A DNA stretch of 63,726 nucleotides, filler included, from Lenisia limosa (GCA_001655205.1; 9 parts of 9 records of this genome joined end to end with filler, not necessarily neighbours in it); one strand, 5' to 3'; shown: positions 50,610-62,684, counted from the first letter of the whole stretch. Numbers and translations are program-made. Notes: generated by a model from the letters alone, not told the origin.

Positions 50610-52967
50610 TTTTGGATCACAAAAAGAAAACGTTCTGTTCATGCATATCTTGTTAACTGCGCTGGTGAACGTAAGGCTGTAAGGGTATTCCTTAATATTT
50701 ATATATCATTTCTTTTTTTGAATACTCTAATGTTATATTTGCGTAAACGATTTAGCCGGATTCTATTGTGGACATCCAGCGAAGTATGCAGCAGCATGGT
50801 GTTCTCACAATGGCCCATCTAGTTGTTCTCTCCGGAATAGCGTTTGATGACCTTCCGCCCTTTGGTCTTACTGTTGGTAGCGGCATCTTTTATTATGAAA
50901 AGGAAAAAACCAGAGAATTATACAGGCTAGAGTCTGTATTCAATTATTATCTCTAGGCATACAAAGTCTTCGTCATTATTTGTTACATACCAGGGTCTGC
51001 GATTTAGCCACATTGCAGCAAGTTTTGGAGCAACAGACATGTGCGCCTTGCTCTTTGATGCAGGAATAAACCCGACTCTCCGAAGCACAACAGTATACCA
51101 GGAGGCTCATGCATATTTTACTCAAAGCATGTTATAAACATGCTATTTTTTATTACAAATAATATGATGCCCTATGGGTTATGAAACCACTTGTTTTAAC
51201 ACAGCCCTTGCAATCTCCCCTCCCCTTTTTGTTTTTAATCCACATGTGGCAGCTCACAATTTAGGGAGAAATAATGCTCCATTTTGCCTGCCAAAGTGGT
51301 TCTGTTGATACTGTTGAGTATGTCATATCCCGAACCAATGAAGTGGATGTCCAAGATTGGCATGTAGGCACTGCTACTTTTCAAACAGTATATTCAATAT
51401 TTCCGCGAATAGTATAAAAACAGGTTATTATTGCAATTCCAATTTTGTCTTCTTGAGAATGATATGTTTTTCATCAATATCCCTGTGCTTGAACAGACTT
51501 CTCTTTCCCCTATTTCTAGATATCATATCACAGTGTTTAATTGTTACACCTGTCATATAGTATTGTTTCAGTCAATTGTAAAAGTATCCCACATTTCATT
51601 TCAATTCAGTGAATATTCCTCACTGTCATACTGACCTCCAGGGCAACACCCCATTATTTGAAGCCGTGAAGGGAGGTTTCACTGACGTAGTGAAGTGCCT
51701 TCTTTCTAATGGTGCCTCGCCCCACGTTGTCAATTACCATGTTGGGGGGGGGGTGATGTCAAGGGCTTCACTTCGGTTCAAAAAAGATCGATAAAATATC
51801 GATAGCTTTCGAGGATTTATCGAGAAATTCAGTCTATTTTCGAACCGAAGTGAAGCCCTAGATGTCAATTACAATATTNNNNNNNNNNNNNNNNNNNNNN
51901 NNNNNNNNNNNNNNNNNNNNNNNNNNNNNNNNNNNNNNNNNNNNNNNNNNNNNNNNNNNNNNNNNNNNNNNNNNNNNNNNNNNNNNNNNTTCTCGTCGAA
52001 AACTATCGATATTTTACCGGTCTTTTTTGAACCGAAGTGAAGCCCTATGTGAGAGGGACTCAACTCTATCAAAGGGGGTGAGGGCTAATTCGTTTCTTTG
52101 TAACTCGTATTTGCACCCAGAGAATATGAAGCATAACAGATATTTTCACACGAAGATCTCTTGAAAGTCCTTCTAGCTTCAAGCCATCTTATCTATTGAA
52201 TAAGAATTTTCACTGTGGCAGTCTGAGTCCCTCCTCACGGCAGCTGCTTCACTCCAAGATCCCTTGGAGATTTTGGACTGCCTTCAGGAGCATGGTATCC
52301 TTTTGGACAAGCAAGTTCGCAGGATTTGGTGCTGATTCTGACTTTTGGACTTTTTTTATTTCTGAAATTCTTGACATCTGATATGTTCACATTTTGTGAA
52401 ATAGTATTTGTATTTTCGATATTTATTGTAGTTTTATTATCAAATCCAGTCAAACAGAATCCATACTAACCATCCAGAACGAAGCATTGGTGTTATTGAA
52501 CAGCGGTTCGGTGACAGCTGCAAAGAAATTGATTGTTGATTTCGCTTTCGAAGCCGACCTGGTGGGCTTGGATTCGAAATGTGGAGCTGTTTTTGCACTT
52601 ATTTTTCATCAATAGCTCTCTCAAATGAATAAAATCTGCTTTTTTTTTTTGAAAAATCAAATAATTATTATATTAGTTGTAACCCAGTGGATTCACTCTT
52701 TAGGAGATAAGTGAGTTGAAACATCCATCTCCTGACCTGATTGCGTTCATGTATGATTATGATGTTTTGGTGTGAATGGTATGGTACTAACCTTGAGTGT
52801 TTCTTTCTTTTTTGAGAGTGGGTGTGTTGCTCGATGATGTTGATGTAATGTTTGTTCCTGATGTAAATACCTGGTCGGGAGAGGTTTTGGAGAAAGCCTT
52901 TATATGTGCATCAACTATGCATCTGTTGACAACTCTGTTTGGACAACATACTGATATTACTGGATAA
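50610..52967 (+). CDS. Ankyrin repeat protein, 5' truncated
   Basis: GLRFSHIAASFGATDMCALLFDAG; GEIMLHFACQSGSVDTVEYVIS; GNTPLFEAVKGGFTDVVKCLLSNGASP; ESLLTAAASLQDPLEILDCLQEHG. Confidence 0.82.
51761..51860. mobile_element. MITE-A copy (100 bp)
   Basis: Near-consensus TIRs; GATGTC duplicated on both flanks. Confidence 0.92.
51990..52047. mobile_element. MITE-A partial copy (cut by gap)
   Basis: AACTATCGATATTTTACCGGTCTTTTTTGAACCGAAGTGAAGCCCTA. Confidence 0.85.
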
Positions 52968-53338
52968 ATGCAAGATCGGATCAGTTAACTCCAATATTCA
53001 AATTAATAGAAACACCAGATCCCATTACTCAAGCTTAATCAACACGCAACAGTAAATCCAAATAAATATATTCAAGAAAATCTTGTCCCAAAACATTTGT
53101 ATTTAACGTGATGAACCAAAAAGAAATATTAGTAGGGAACGAGTAGATTAGGTTACAATGAAAGCGGAATCATTCCACATCCCTTCCTACAAACACTACT
53201 TGAGAGAGGTTCAACTGGCAAATTGTTGTTCATGATAGTTTTATATTAGCATTAAAACAAAGAAGAAATGTTGCCAAAGCAACGCAAATAACCTAAAGAA
53301 AACAGAAAAACGACCGACACAGATTTGTGGAGGGTCAG

Positions 53339-54010
53339 TCAAGCCTCAGCGTTGTCATCGATGGACATGCCCTCAAGCTAAGCAGGTTATATCAAAAATT
53401 CAACCAAAATGTAAATATTACCTCAATAAAAAGATTAAATAGAGGTGGGATAGCATAGGAGAGACGATCAGTCACGACAGTAAAAAGAGAATGTTTCAAA
53501 ATGAAGGCTTTATTTCAAAAAGAAGCAGAAAGCTCACCTTCTTAGCAAGGTCGTCAGCACGAAGACGAGTTTCGTCAAGTTCACGACGAAGTCTTTCGTT
53601 TTCAGCGTGAAGAGCATCAAAGTCCACAGGAGAAGGGGCGCCTAAGAATTCTTTGATATAGCTAAACACATTAGAACGGGTACCAACCCTGGCCTGTCCA
53701 TAATCGGAGAATAGGGCCACAAAATAGACTGACTCCATCTTTCAATTTGGTACTGAAACTAGCCAAATCCTTCCCTAACATACTCAAGAGCATTAGGGGG
53801 CTTCTCTTGTTCTTCGTAGAGGCCGACAAGCACTTTCGCCAAAACATCAACAACACCTGACTTTTCTAAATACCTGAAATAAAGGTCAGAAAAGCCGCTT
53901 TATCGTTGTAAAGACAGTTCAGAAAACCCACTTGACAAATTCTTCCTTCTTAAGCTCGCCGCCCTGAAAAGCAGAAGTAACAACGTTCATTATGCAATTT
54001 CAAAGTTGAA
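53339..54010 (-). CDS. MYCBP: c-Myc-binding protein / FAP174 family
   Basis: KEEFVK|YLEKSGVVDVLAKVLVGLYEEQEKPPNALE|YIKEFLGA followed by a coiled coil. Confidence 0.92.
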
Positions 54011-54258
54011 AGAGGCCAAAAATTCAAAAAAAAATCGCATTCACCAAAATCGTATAAATTTGTACCAGGGAATCGCTTCTCAGATCTTGGTTCACGAAAA
54101 AGCGACCTCTTCATGCTTCAGTGATCTAGTATTAAGTTTTTATTTATATTATAAATAAATATACCAACGTTTTCCGGAAGGTTGACTTTGCCCCCTAAAA
54201 ACAGGCCTATTCATATGATCAAAGAAAGAACAATGTAGCAAAACAATTCTCTTTTGTA

Positions 54259-56800
54259 ATGTCGGGAATATTAGGAGGTGAGTGGGTAGTGATATATGTG
54301 TTGGGTTATCCTTGCCCGTAATGGAAGTTCCTTACATATTTCCAGAATACTTTACCATCAATTTTCACCCGATTAGAGAGTCCCACAAGCCCCCCTCCAA
54401 AAGGGAGACGGCCAAATGGGCCTATTGTTGTCCCCTATGTACCTGGTCCAAAGAAAGGTGGGAGTAATGGGGGATGGAGATATATACATATCGATATATG
54501 TCCGAGTATTTGCTTACACCCTGAACACCAACCTTTCTCCTAATTGGAAACAGAAAATGAAGAACCTTTTCAGAATGTGAAACAATTTTCATCCATTCCC
54601 TGATTGACAACAGCAGTAACACGCTCACCAAGAGTACCCGGTAAACGAATCCAATCAGCTCCATCCAGCCCAGCACTTTTACCGGACCCTTGTTTACCAG
54701 TAGGGGATGATCTTGGGGAAACTGAAGCAGAAGAAAATGGACACATGTATTTTTCTGGACTCGATTCTTTCGTTATTCAATGAAAATAGACCAAAATTAT
54801 TTCTCAATATTTGGTGCGCTGTCATTCTTTATGATACCTCAATTTTATCCCATACTCCAACAGGTATCGTCATTTAGTCTCAGCGCCTCTTCGGCACCTT
54901 CCTCAAAACCAAACAAAGAAAAACCTGCAAACCGTACTGCTACAGCAAAAAGAAGATTTTCTGTTCCCAAAAGCTATTCCATTTCTTGTCTCTTACCGAA
55001 AGGCGGTTCTAATGATCCCTGTTATATCACACCAAACTCACCTGGTTAGTGATAAATAATTTGAAGCTATCAACAATATGATTATGATATCTATTTATAT
55101 TTCAATGATTGGGTGAATTAATATTATCCAATAATCCAATACCTTTTAAAAGCACTATGGTGTGGACGGCGTCGGCAAGATACAACTTTATATTATTTCT
55201 CATTTCTATCAATGATATAGCATAGCATATTTGTTAAAGTGAATTGCCGTCGTTAGGTTTATAATCGCAGCAATTGTATTTTTCTTCACACACCCAACGT
55301 GCCCACTATTCTAGTATCCCCAAAAGTATTGCAACTCAAGATGGAACGTGATTTGGCTGAAGCACTTGAAACAAGTGAGTTGGCGTTTGTTAAAGCTGGC
55401 TATCGAATCAGAAAATAGTCTTGATGCTGTCCGAAATTTCACGCAAATTGAACGTGATTCACTCGGAAAATCGTCTATTTGTACTTAAGGGTGGCTATCA
55501 GTATAAAAAGAACAAAACACTCTCAATCAAGGACTATCAGATGTATTTTGACACCCCTGAGCCAATTTCTGATTTGAGAGCCTTTTTGTAGAACTTAGAA
55601 TTTTAGATTATATTCGTTGGATTTCTCCCCCTTCATTATTGAAGAATTAATTACATTTAGAATTTGTTGAAGCAGTTGATGCATTTCTTTCAATTGATAC
55701 GCCTCCACAAAGTAAGCCACTTCCTCGCATCTGCTATAACTGGCTTCCCTTCGGTTCGAAAAAACTGCATTTCTTGATAAATCCTCCAAAATTATCGATA
55801 TTTAACCGGTAGTTTTTGAACCGAAGTGAAGCCCAAGCTATAACCGAATTTATTTGAATTTTTTCGAGATTTATAGGAGATATTAACAGGATTTCATATT
55901 TTAGACCGACCTGTTCTGATATCCACTTCTACTCCCGCCACGTGCGCGGTCACGGCCCAGTCTATTACGGGGGCTGTTATTCGCTTCAAGAGAAAACAAC
56001 AACCCGGTGGGTGGTCGTTTTTGTTTACTTGGTGATTGATACAGAAGCACAAATGACAACCAATACTCTTGTATATGAGCAAGTCTACAAATACCCATAC
56101 CAATGTCCACCATATCAATCCAATCTTAATATCATTGAAGGCTGCTATGAATAATACAAATAGACTGTATTTCTCGAACAATCCTCCATAAAAATCGATA
56201 TTTTACGTTTCTTTTCTGCACCGTAGGTGTGTCCTAATAATAAGTACAGAGCCATCAGCAGTGTCCATGAACCTTGAAAAACTTCCGGGTGAAAGTCGAA
56301 ATGACTGGCTCAAGCGGACCTTTAAAGTTCCCTGGGGGGACCATGCTGAGTTTGAGGAGGAGCTTGCTTCACGATGACCCACTTCTTATGGTAATTACAT
56401 TATTATTTTTGAAGGTAGTGTTTCCAAATCCAGTGATTTGATGTATCTTTTGTTGTTTTTTCAATTGCCTCTGTTCACACAAGTAAACACCTTTAGTAGG
56501 TTGACCACGACCAGTTTTTCTCTAGTTTTGATGGGAGGAAGTGAGTCTTTGTTTTATAAATTACAATGCTCTTTCGAAGTTTCCTAATCTAATTATTTGA
56601 TTTCTCATCAAAAGTTTGTGATCATATGAATGAGGATGATAATTGTTAACATTATTCTTCAGCTCTCATGAAGGATCTTTGCTGGCAGAAGTTATACTTT
56701 TCAAAACGGTCATTTACTTGGGATCGAGGGAAACATAAAACGAACTCAACCCCCTAGAAAGAAACGAATAAAAAAGAAATCACTACATTTCATTAAATAA
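54259..56800 (+). CDS. Hypothetical multi-exon protein
   Basis: Plus-strand exons with clean splice sites (SPTSPPPKGRRPNGPIVVPYVPGPKK; PKVLQLKMERDLAEALET; EFVEAVDAFLSIDTPP; MNLEKLPGESRNDWLKRTFKVPWGTML). Confidence 0.5.
55085..55215 (+). repeat. Repeat family B, partial intronic copy (others at ~14936-14978, ~26293-26392, ~57135-57185)
   Basis: ATGATTGGGTGAATTAATATT..ATGGTGTGGACGGCGTCGGC..TTTCTCATT. Confidence 0.82.
55741..55836. mobile_element. MITE-A copy, perfect 8-bp TSD GCTATAAC
   Basis: TSD at 55733-55740 and 55837-55844. Confidence 0.9.
56158..56236. mobile_element. MITE-A degenerate copy
   Basis: AGACTGTATTTCTCG..ATCGATATTTTAC..GTCCTA. Confidence 0.6.
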
Positions 56801-56829
56801 CCGCATTGTTTTCGAAAGGTACAAGAGAA

Positions 56830-58311
56830 TTAGCTAGAAAAAGTTGGTATTGCTTCTAAGTAGGCTCTGAGACTCTTTGAAAACCGGTCTCCGATCACCT
56901 GAGTCCATAAATATGTGAAGGAAAACTGGCAATCACATTTGAACTTTACATATTTTAACGGGCTAAAACTCTCATAGATTGGAGAGAAACATGGAGAAAG
57001 CATATTTTCACTCTGCACTCTAACCATTGACAGTCCAATCCATTCACATCGTAAATCATCACTGTAAAGGATTTTCAAATCATTATTAACATTTTTTATC
57101 TCATATCATATATTGATACTTTTTGATATGATATAATATAGAGATGAAAAATAAAACAAGGTTGTATCCGGCCGGATATTATATCATTTGATGAATGGAT
57201 GCCATACCTTCATGCTTGAGTTTGGCTTGTACAGGGGGTTCATTACAACATGCCTCACCCAGATGTTGCTGTAAATCGAGGATAAAACCTACAGAGAGTG
57301 ACGATGTGGGTGTGGGAGCTGAGTAAACTATTGTTGTGATGACGAAAAATAAAAAGAGGAACAGCAATACAACAATTCCACCGACCTCCCGTAAATCTGA
57401 GCAGTTATGGTCGGTCGTACAAGCGAACTTTACCCCCGTGGCCGTCTCAAAGTAATGCATTCTGTAGCGTCCTGTTGTGTACGACGCGAAGCCCTTACCG
57501 TTCCTGAAACGGTCATATTGAACCTTTCTGAAGGTCCCGAAATAAACAAAAAATCTCGATAAAATCTCGATAAATTCCAGAAAAATACCGATGTGCCATA
57601 TTCCAATGGGTCGCAGTGAATATATAATATACTATTTGTATAAATGGACGGATAGCTGAAAAATAGAAGTAAAATATAGCTCAATCCTGAATGAACTGGA
57701 ATTATGAAAATTTTGTGATAAAAATTGGCTGATTATATGAAAAATGCAGAGATGAGAAAAAACAGGGTGAGAAAAAACAGGGATGCAACCACGCCTGACA
57801 AAAATTTATGAAAGTGATAGGGGAGTAGTGAATGTGTTATGATTGGTTCCACAGACTTCAATAACACACATAAATATACCCCGCAAACACCCAAACAAAC
57901 ACAGAAAAATACATTAAACTGTACACATGTACAAAAAAAAAACATAGATGTCTTGCTTGAGTCATTATCTCAGGTCTTTTTCAACATAGGTCACAAGTTT
58001 ATCAGAACAAAAGACAAAGTTGAAAAAAAAAAAAAAACACAACCTGTCCTCTAATATCAAAATAGTTATCAAGGAAGCATCCCCATCATACTCCTTCGGT
58101 GACATTTTGCTGGCGAAGTCATTGAGCTGGAAGAGCAGGCCATAAACAAGCTTCTCCTCTTCGGACTTAGTCATTGTTGCCTCCCGTGTCCGATTGTAGT
58201 TTTCATAGAACAACAAGCTCCTAAAATGTTATTTAAGAACACTGCTCCCAGCATTCAACTGGCCTTTCCCACAAACCCATATCGATCGAAGATATACAGT
58301 TCATATATCAT
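56830..58311 (-). CDS. TRAPPC1: TRAPP complex subunit 1 (Bet5)
   Basis: MIYELYIFDRYG|..EEEKLVYGLLFQLNDFASKMSP..MHYFETATGVKFACTTD..VMNPLY..DRFSKSLRAYLEAIPTFSS*. Confidence 0.93.
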
Positions 58312-58692
58312 TCTGAGCGAAGGAAGCCCTTGATTTGACTAGTTACCTCTGTGTAGAAAGAAATATGATAAATTACTTTTCAACTGAGTAAGAAAAGGCA
58401 GAAGGCTACCTGAGAAGCGCTATTTAGTTTGGGTTTGTTTCCTAAATTGAAGACTCCGGTTCAAGGCCAAGTAAATAAAAATATAATGATAAATTAGTGG
58501 TGATAGCCTGGAAAAGAGGACAGGAAACTGAAATCGCGAACTTTTAAGTGGTCTTGATCTGAGTAGGTCCTATGAATAATAAACTGTAAAAAATTCTGCC
58601 GAATGGCTTTTGTGCGAAAAAGCAAAAAAAAATAACGTGAAAAATATTGTGTTATAGTGTATCACGTGAAGAATAGATTTAAGCTATCATAG

Positions 58693-60510
58693 ATGAGGAG
58701 CCTTCTCCAGCCCCTCTTAGTGCTTGCCACACTGCTCCTCCTTGGCAGTTGTGAGTTTGTTATTCAGAAAACGCCATTAACAGACTCGCCAACCCTTGAT
58801 TCCGAAACGTTCAACCTTCCCGTATGCGGATGATCTAGTTATTTCCAAGCGTCTGATGAACTCTCTCCCCTTTCGGAAAAAGAAATTGAAGACTAGATAA
58901 GGGAATGATTTGAACAGGTTGATATGCATTACTTTTTGGTAACACTAAACAGTTTAAGTTAAGACTTTGATTGTCGAAACCCGTTCCATACTATTAACAA
59001 CTCCAGGCTTCTTTTCTTTACTACTTTAGTTGGTTGCCACAATATCCGAAAATCAAGGGATTATGCTAGGAAAAGGCGTTCTTCTAGTCTTCGACTTCAA
59101 AATATGTAAGATTGCATTTTCTACATATCGATATTATATGAACAATTTTGTTCTGTTTTGTAACACCGTTATGATACTTTCTTTGCTTGATATTCTTGTA
59201 TACCCAGAAAGCACCGATATCAGTTCTGTTTTGAAGTTTTTCCTCTGATAAATCCCAAACCAGATGACTAACTCGTGGATGGAACTAAATATTAGAATTT
59301 GTATTTCAGATTTTTTTAAAATTTATTATTTTCCACCCAATGAATCAGTACAACTCCATGCTTGGTATTATTTTGGGGCTTTCCAGCGATTTTTTCCTTT
59401 ATCATCATTGTTGTTATTGTTGCTTTTTGCTTCATAACATTTCAATTTAATCCCCTTAAGATGCTGAAACCAACTCCATGAGGCTCTCACAAGTAATTCC
59501 CATCAAAAGGTTGCCAAATGATATCCAATCGCACTGCTCGCTAGTGAGGGGGTCGGCCTAATGGACAGATCTCTTGCTAGTCCTTCACTGCTAGTTAATG
59601 TCACATTTTTAAGAAAATTCAAGTTAATTAGGTAGTATCAGACAGAAGAAAACTGATAAATATCAATAAATATCGAATGTGAATGAACTTTTTGTTGACC
59701 AACTGAATGTTTCTCACCCCTACAGGATTACACCGGCTTCGTTGTGTTTGTCTTTGAAGCGTCCGACCGACTTAATGTTCTTTCCGTGGACAAGTCAACT
59801 CTTGAGGTGTGTTGAGGATTTATCTCTTGTTTGGCTGAACTTTGTTCGTGTGTTAAATGTTTCCCAGAGTTGAGAGGTTTTTATGTGTTGTATTCATTTT
59901 CATTTTTTACCCTCCGGTTCATACATTTTCCATCTTTACCTCCCCACTCCAACCCCTAGGTTAAAACAGAGGAAATCGGGGCATCATCAGACTTCGGCCA
60001 TTGTCTCTACCATCCCGAACACCCTGTCCTCGGTTTATTGATGACGACGCACTCGGGAATAACGGTTCGTTATGGGTTCAAGCAAAACATATCATATGAT
60101 ATACCTTTCTGTGTTAGGAGAGAATCTCTATGTCGTTTTTCTCATCCCTTGATTTTTTGGGAAGTATTTTCCTGTTCTTAAAGAAAGAACGATACTTACC
60201 TGTGTAGTTCAACGTGACTACTTCTGCAATGGAATCCATAGCGCCTTTCAATCTGGCTACCATTTCTACAAGAGACAATGTTAACGATTATGTATGACGA
60301 TGGTGAAAATATTTCAGAGAATATAATATATAGGGCTTCACTTCGGTTCGAAAAAACTCATCCAATTGTCGATAGTTTACGAGGACATTCGGTCTTTTTT
60401 CGAACTGAAGTGAAGCCCTGGTGATATAATCGCTGGCAGGTCCAACATGCATATTATGTCGTTGTGTTAATTTCACCCCCTCAGAGCAGTGTGTCAAACA
60501 TGAATAAAGA
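58693..60510 (+). CDS. Hypothetical secreted protein, 3' truncated
   Basis: Signal MRSLLQPLLVLATLLLLG; four consecutive phase-0 exons join in frame (DYTGFVVFVFEAS..|VKTEEIG..|FNVTTSAM..|VQHAYYVVVLISP). Confidence 0.6.
60331..60420. mobile_element. MITE-A copy (90 bp)
   Basis: TAGGGCTTCACTTCGGTTCGAAAAAA..TTTTTTCGAACTGAAGTGAAGCCCTG. Confidence 0.9.
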
Positions 60511-60792
60511 TGGTACCTTTGTTTACCTTGGATTCNNNNNNNNNNNNNNNNNNNNNNNNNNNNNNNNNNNNNNNNNNNNTTAATTAATTAANNNNNNNNN
60601 NNNNNNNNNNNNNNNNNNNNNNNNNNNNNNNNNNNTATAGTATACGTATTTTCTAGCTAGCTATATGATATATGGGATCTTACAAATGTATTCATAAAAA
60701 TACTAATAATTCAACCCCCCCCCCCCTTTTACTTTGTGTTATCTCAGGGTTTTGTCTCCCTTTTGTCTTTTTATTCAAAAGAGTTTTTTTAC

Positions 60793-60904
60793 AAGCGACT
60801 GGACGGGCTTTTTTGTTGTTATTAACCCTCATATGTTGTCAGCCAACCAAGTTGATTTTGGCTTTTTTTTGTTTCATAAATTTTCCAATTTTACTCTCTC
60901 CAAG
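60793..60904 (+). repeat. Repeat family E forming the intron 3' end in the E2 gene (others at 47324-47425, 49385-49458, 25987-26052 minus, 34474-34520 minus)
   Basis: Same motif string ending TTTTACTCTCTCCAAG|exon. Confidence 0.88.
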
Positions 60905-61686
60905 ACATCGGAATTTCTTCTGCAAAACGAAACGTTCCAAAGAAAAGCGAGGGAGTTTACCAAGCTCCACGCGGTTTGGGGGGTTTGAATAGATTGTTTC
61001 CACTATTTAAGTGATTCTAATTTGAGAAAACAAATAACAAAAACAAAATAAAGAAACCCACCGCATCAGGCTGACGCGACCGCCGACAAGCCCTCACCCG
61101 CTCCAACACAATTGTCATCTCCCTCCACCCCAAAGGAGAAAGCAGAGTCCCAATCTACTGAAAAGTAGGACACCATGGGTTCTATTTTGAGTAGGACTTC
61201 ACTTCGGTCCAAAAAAAGACAGATTAATTATCGATAGTTTTCGAGGATTTAAAGAGACATTTAGTCTTTTATTCGAATCGAAGTGAACCTATAACTTTGA
61301 AATTAATGCATTTTCTTTGGGGCCTTCGTGCACACATTAACTCATGAATTAATTGATCTGTCATATTGAGATTAACGTAAAAATAACTGGCTGAATTGTC
61401 ACAGTACATATGTGTGGTTTCCTTTTTGAGAAGATAATTTTAAAATTACAGTGGAGCTGTTACAGTTCGTCCAACTATCACATCAGCATAGATGTCATAA
61501 TATAAATATTTTATATCACTTAGTTTGCAATAACCGTCCAGAGAGGCTGAGAAAGAAGAATCAGAAGTTTCCAGTTCGTCCAGTTCTTCCGAGTCTTCCG
61601 ACGATGATTCCGACAGCAGTCCAACTTTGAAGAAGAGGCGAAGGACAAAAGCAAGAAATAATAAGAGGAGAAGAGCCATTTTCTGA
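60905..61686 (+). CDS. C-terminal part of a ubiquitin-conjugating enzyme E2 (UBE2T-like) with acidic/basic tail
   Basis: SEFLLQNETFQRKAREFTKLHA matches the last E2 helix. Tail ..ESEVSSSSSSSESSDDD..KKRRRTKARNNKRRRAIF*. Catalytic core not in this piece. Confidence 0.6.
61192..61291. mobile_element. MITE-A copy (100 bp)
   Basis: TAGGACTTCACTTCGGTCC..TTCGAATCGAAGTGAACCTA. Confidence 0.85.
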
Positions 61687-61759
61687 TGTAATATTAGCTG
61701 TACTTTGAATTATTATTTAATTTGTATTAATACACTGGGTTTCTATTGTTCCAAAATTA

Positions 61760-62470
61760 ACCGACTGGTTTAGGCCCATACCTTAGCTTTATCTTAACGC
61801 GTTGGAAGGAGAATCGCCCGAAAAGACAGGTTGTATCTTTCAGACAATAAGTGGGATAGCCCCAAGATTCCACAGTAACATACAGTAACCGCAACAAGTC
61901 CTGCCACGGATATTCGTCAATCTTGCTAGGACTTTGACCGAAGCCATCTACACCACCACTTAATAAAGCGGATTGTATTAAAAATAAGTCACCCAGTTGC
62001 ATTGAAGCAGCACACATATACATAAAATATCAAACACAGAAGACACATAACAACAGACTTCCACTACCTGTAGAAAGCCAGAGAAAACTTGAAGTTGGTT
62101 TGTTCCCCTTAAACTGTCAAAAGGAGGCTTGGCTGTATGGCAATTTTAGGACTCCGTCCAACGAATTGAGAAATTCTTCACCCCTCCCCCCACCTCCGCC
62201 GCCAGAGTTTTGCTCAACGAGGACATAGACAGCCGTCTGAGCTGTGCCGTAGGTCTTGTCAATGGCAATGACGCGTTCGGGCTAATTGGGGTTAAATTGG
62301 AATGGTACGGCAATCATACGCTTCATTATGTTGATTAATCTCAGGCTGAGATAATTTGGATAGATTAAGGACTGGAAATGTGAGATCCGAAATAAAACAA
62401 GGGTGTTGAATACATTAACGGTAACCATGTTTTCACTCGAGGACATACGACAGCTGCTACTATTGGTAAG
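61760..62470 (-). CDS. Hypothetical protein, 5' truncated
   Basis: Exons PERVIAIDKTYGTAQTAVYVLVEQNSGG; GGVDGFGQSPSKIDEYPWQDLLRL. Confidence 0.4.
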
Positions 62471-62572
62471 CTNNNNNNNNNNNNNNNNNNNNNNNNNNNN
62501 NNNNNNNNNNNNNNNNTTAATTAATTAANNNNNNNNNNNNNNNNNNNNNNNNNNNNNNNNNNNNNNNNNNNN

Positions 62573-62661
62573 ACACGTTCACCCTTTCATAACCCCCCTT
62601 CAGGCAGCTAACACGTTCACCCTTTCATAACCACCCTTCAGGCAGCTAACACGTTCACCCT
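62573..62661. repeat. 38-bp tandem repeat, about 2.3 copies
   Basis: ACACGTTCACCCTTTCATAACC(C/A)CCCTTCAGGCAGCTA at 62573 and 62611, partial at 62649. Confidence 0.92.
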
Positions 62662-62684
62662 GCCTTTTGTTCGCTTTGTGGTGA

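Noticed and set aside
55894-56000. Minus-strand AHVAGVEVDIRTG resembling xanthine dehydrogenase/CoxL
   Set aside because: Isolated motif; surrounding splice signals support a plus-strand gene and no other molybdoenzyme motifs are present.
60190-60280. Minus-strand exon EMVARLKGAMDSIAEVVTLNYT with a good donor
   Set aside because: The plus-strand reading joins in phase with both neighbouring exons of the secreted protein.
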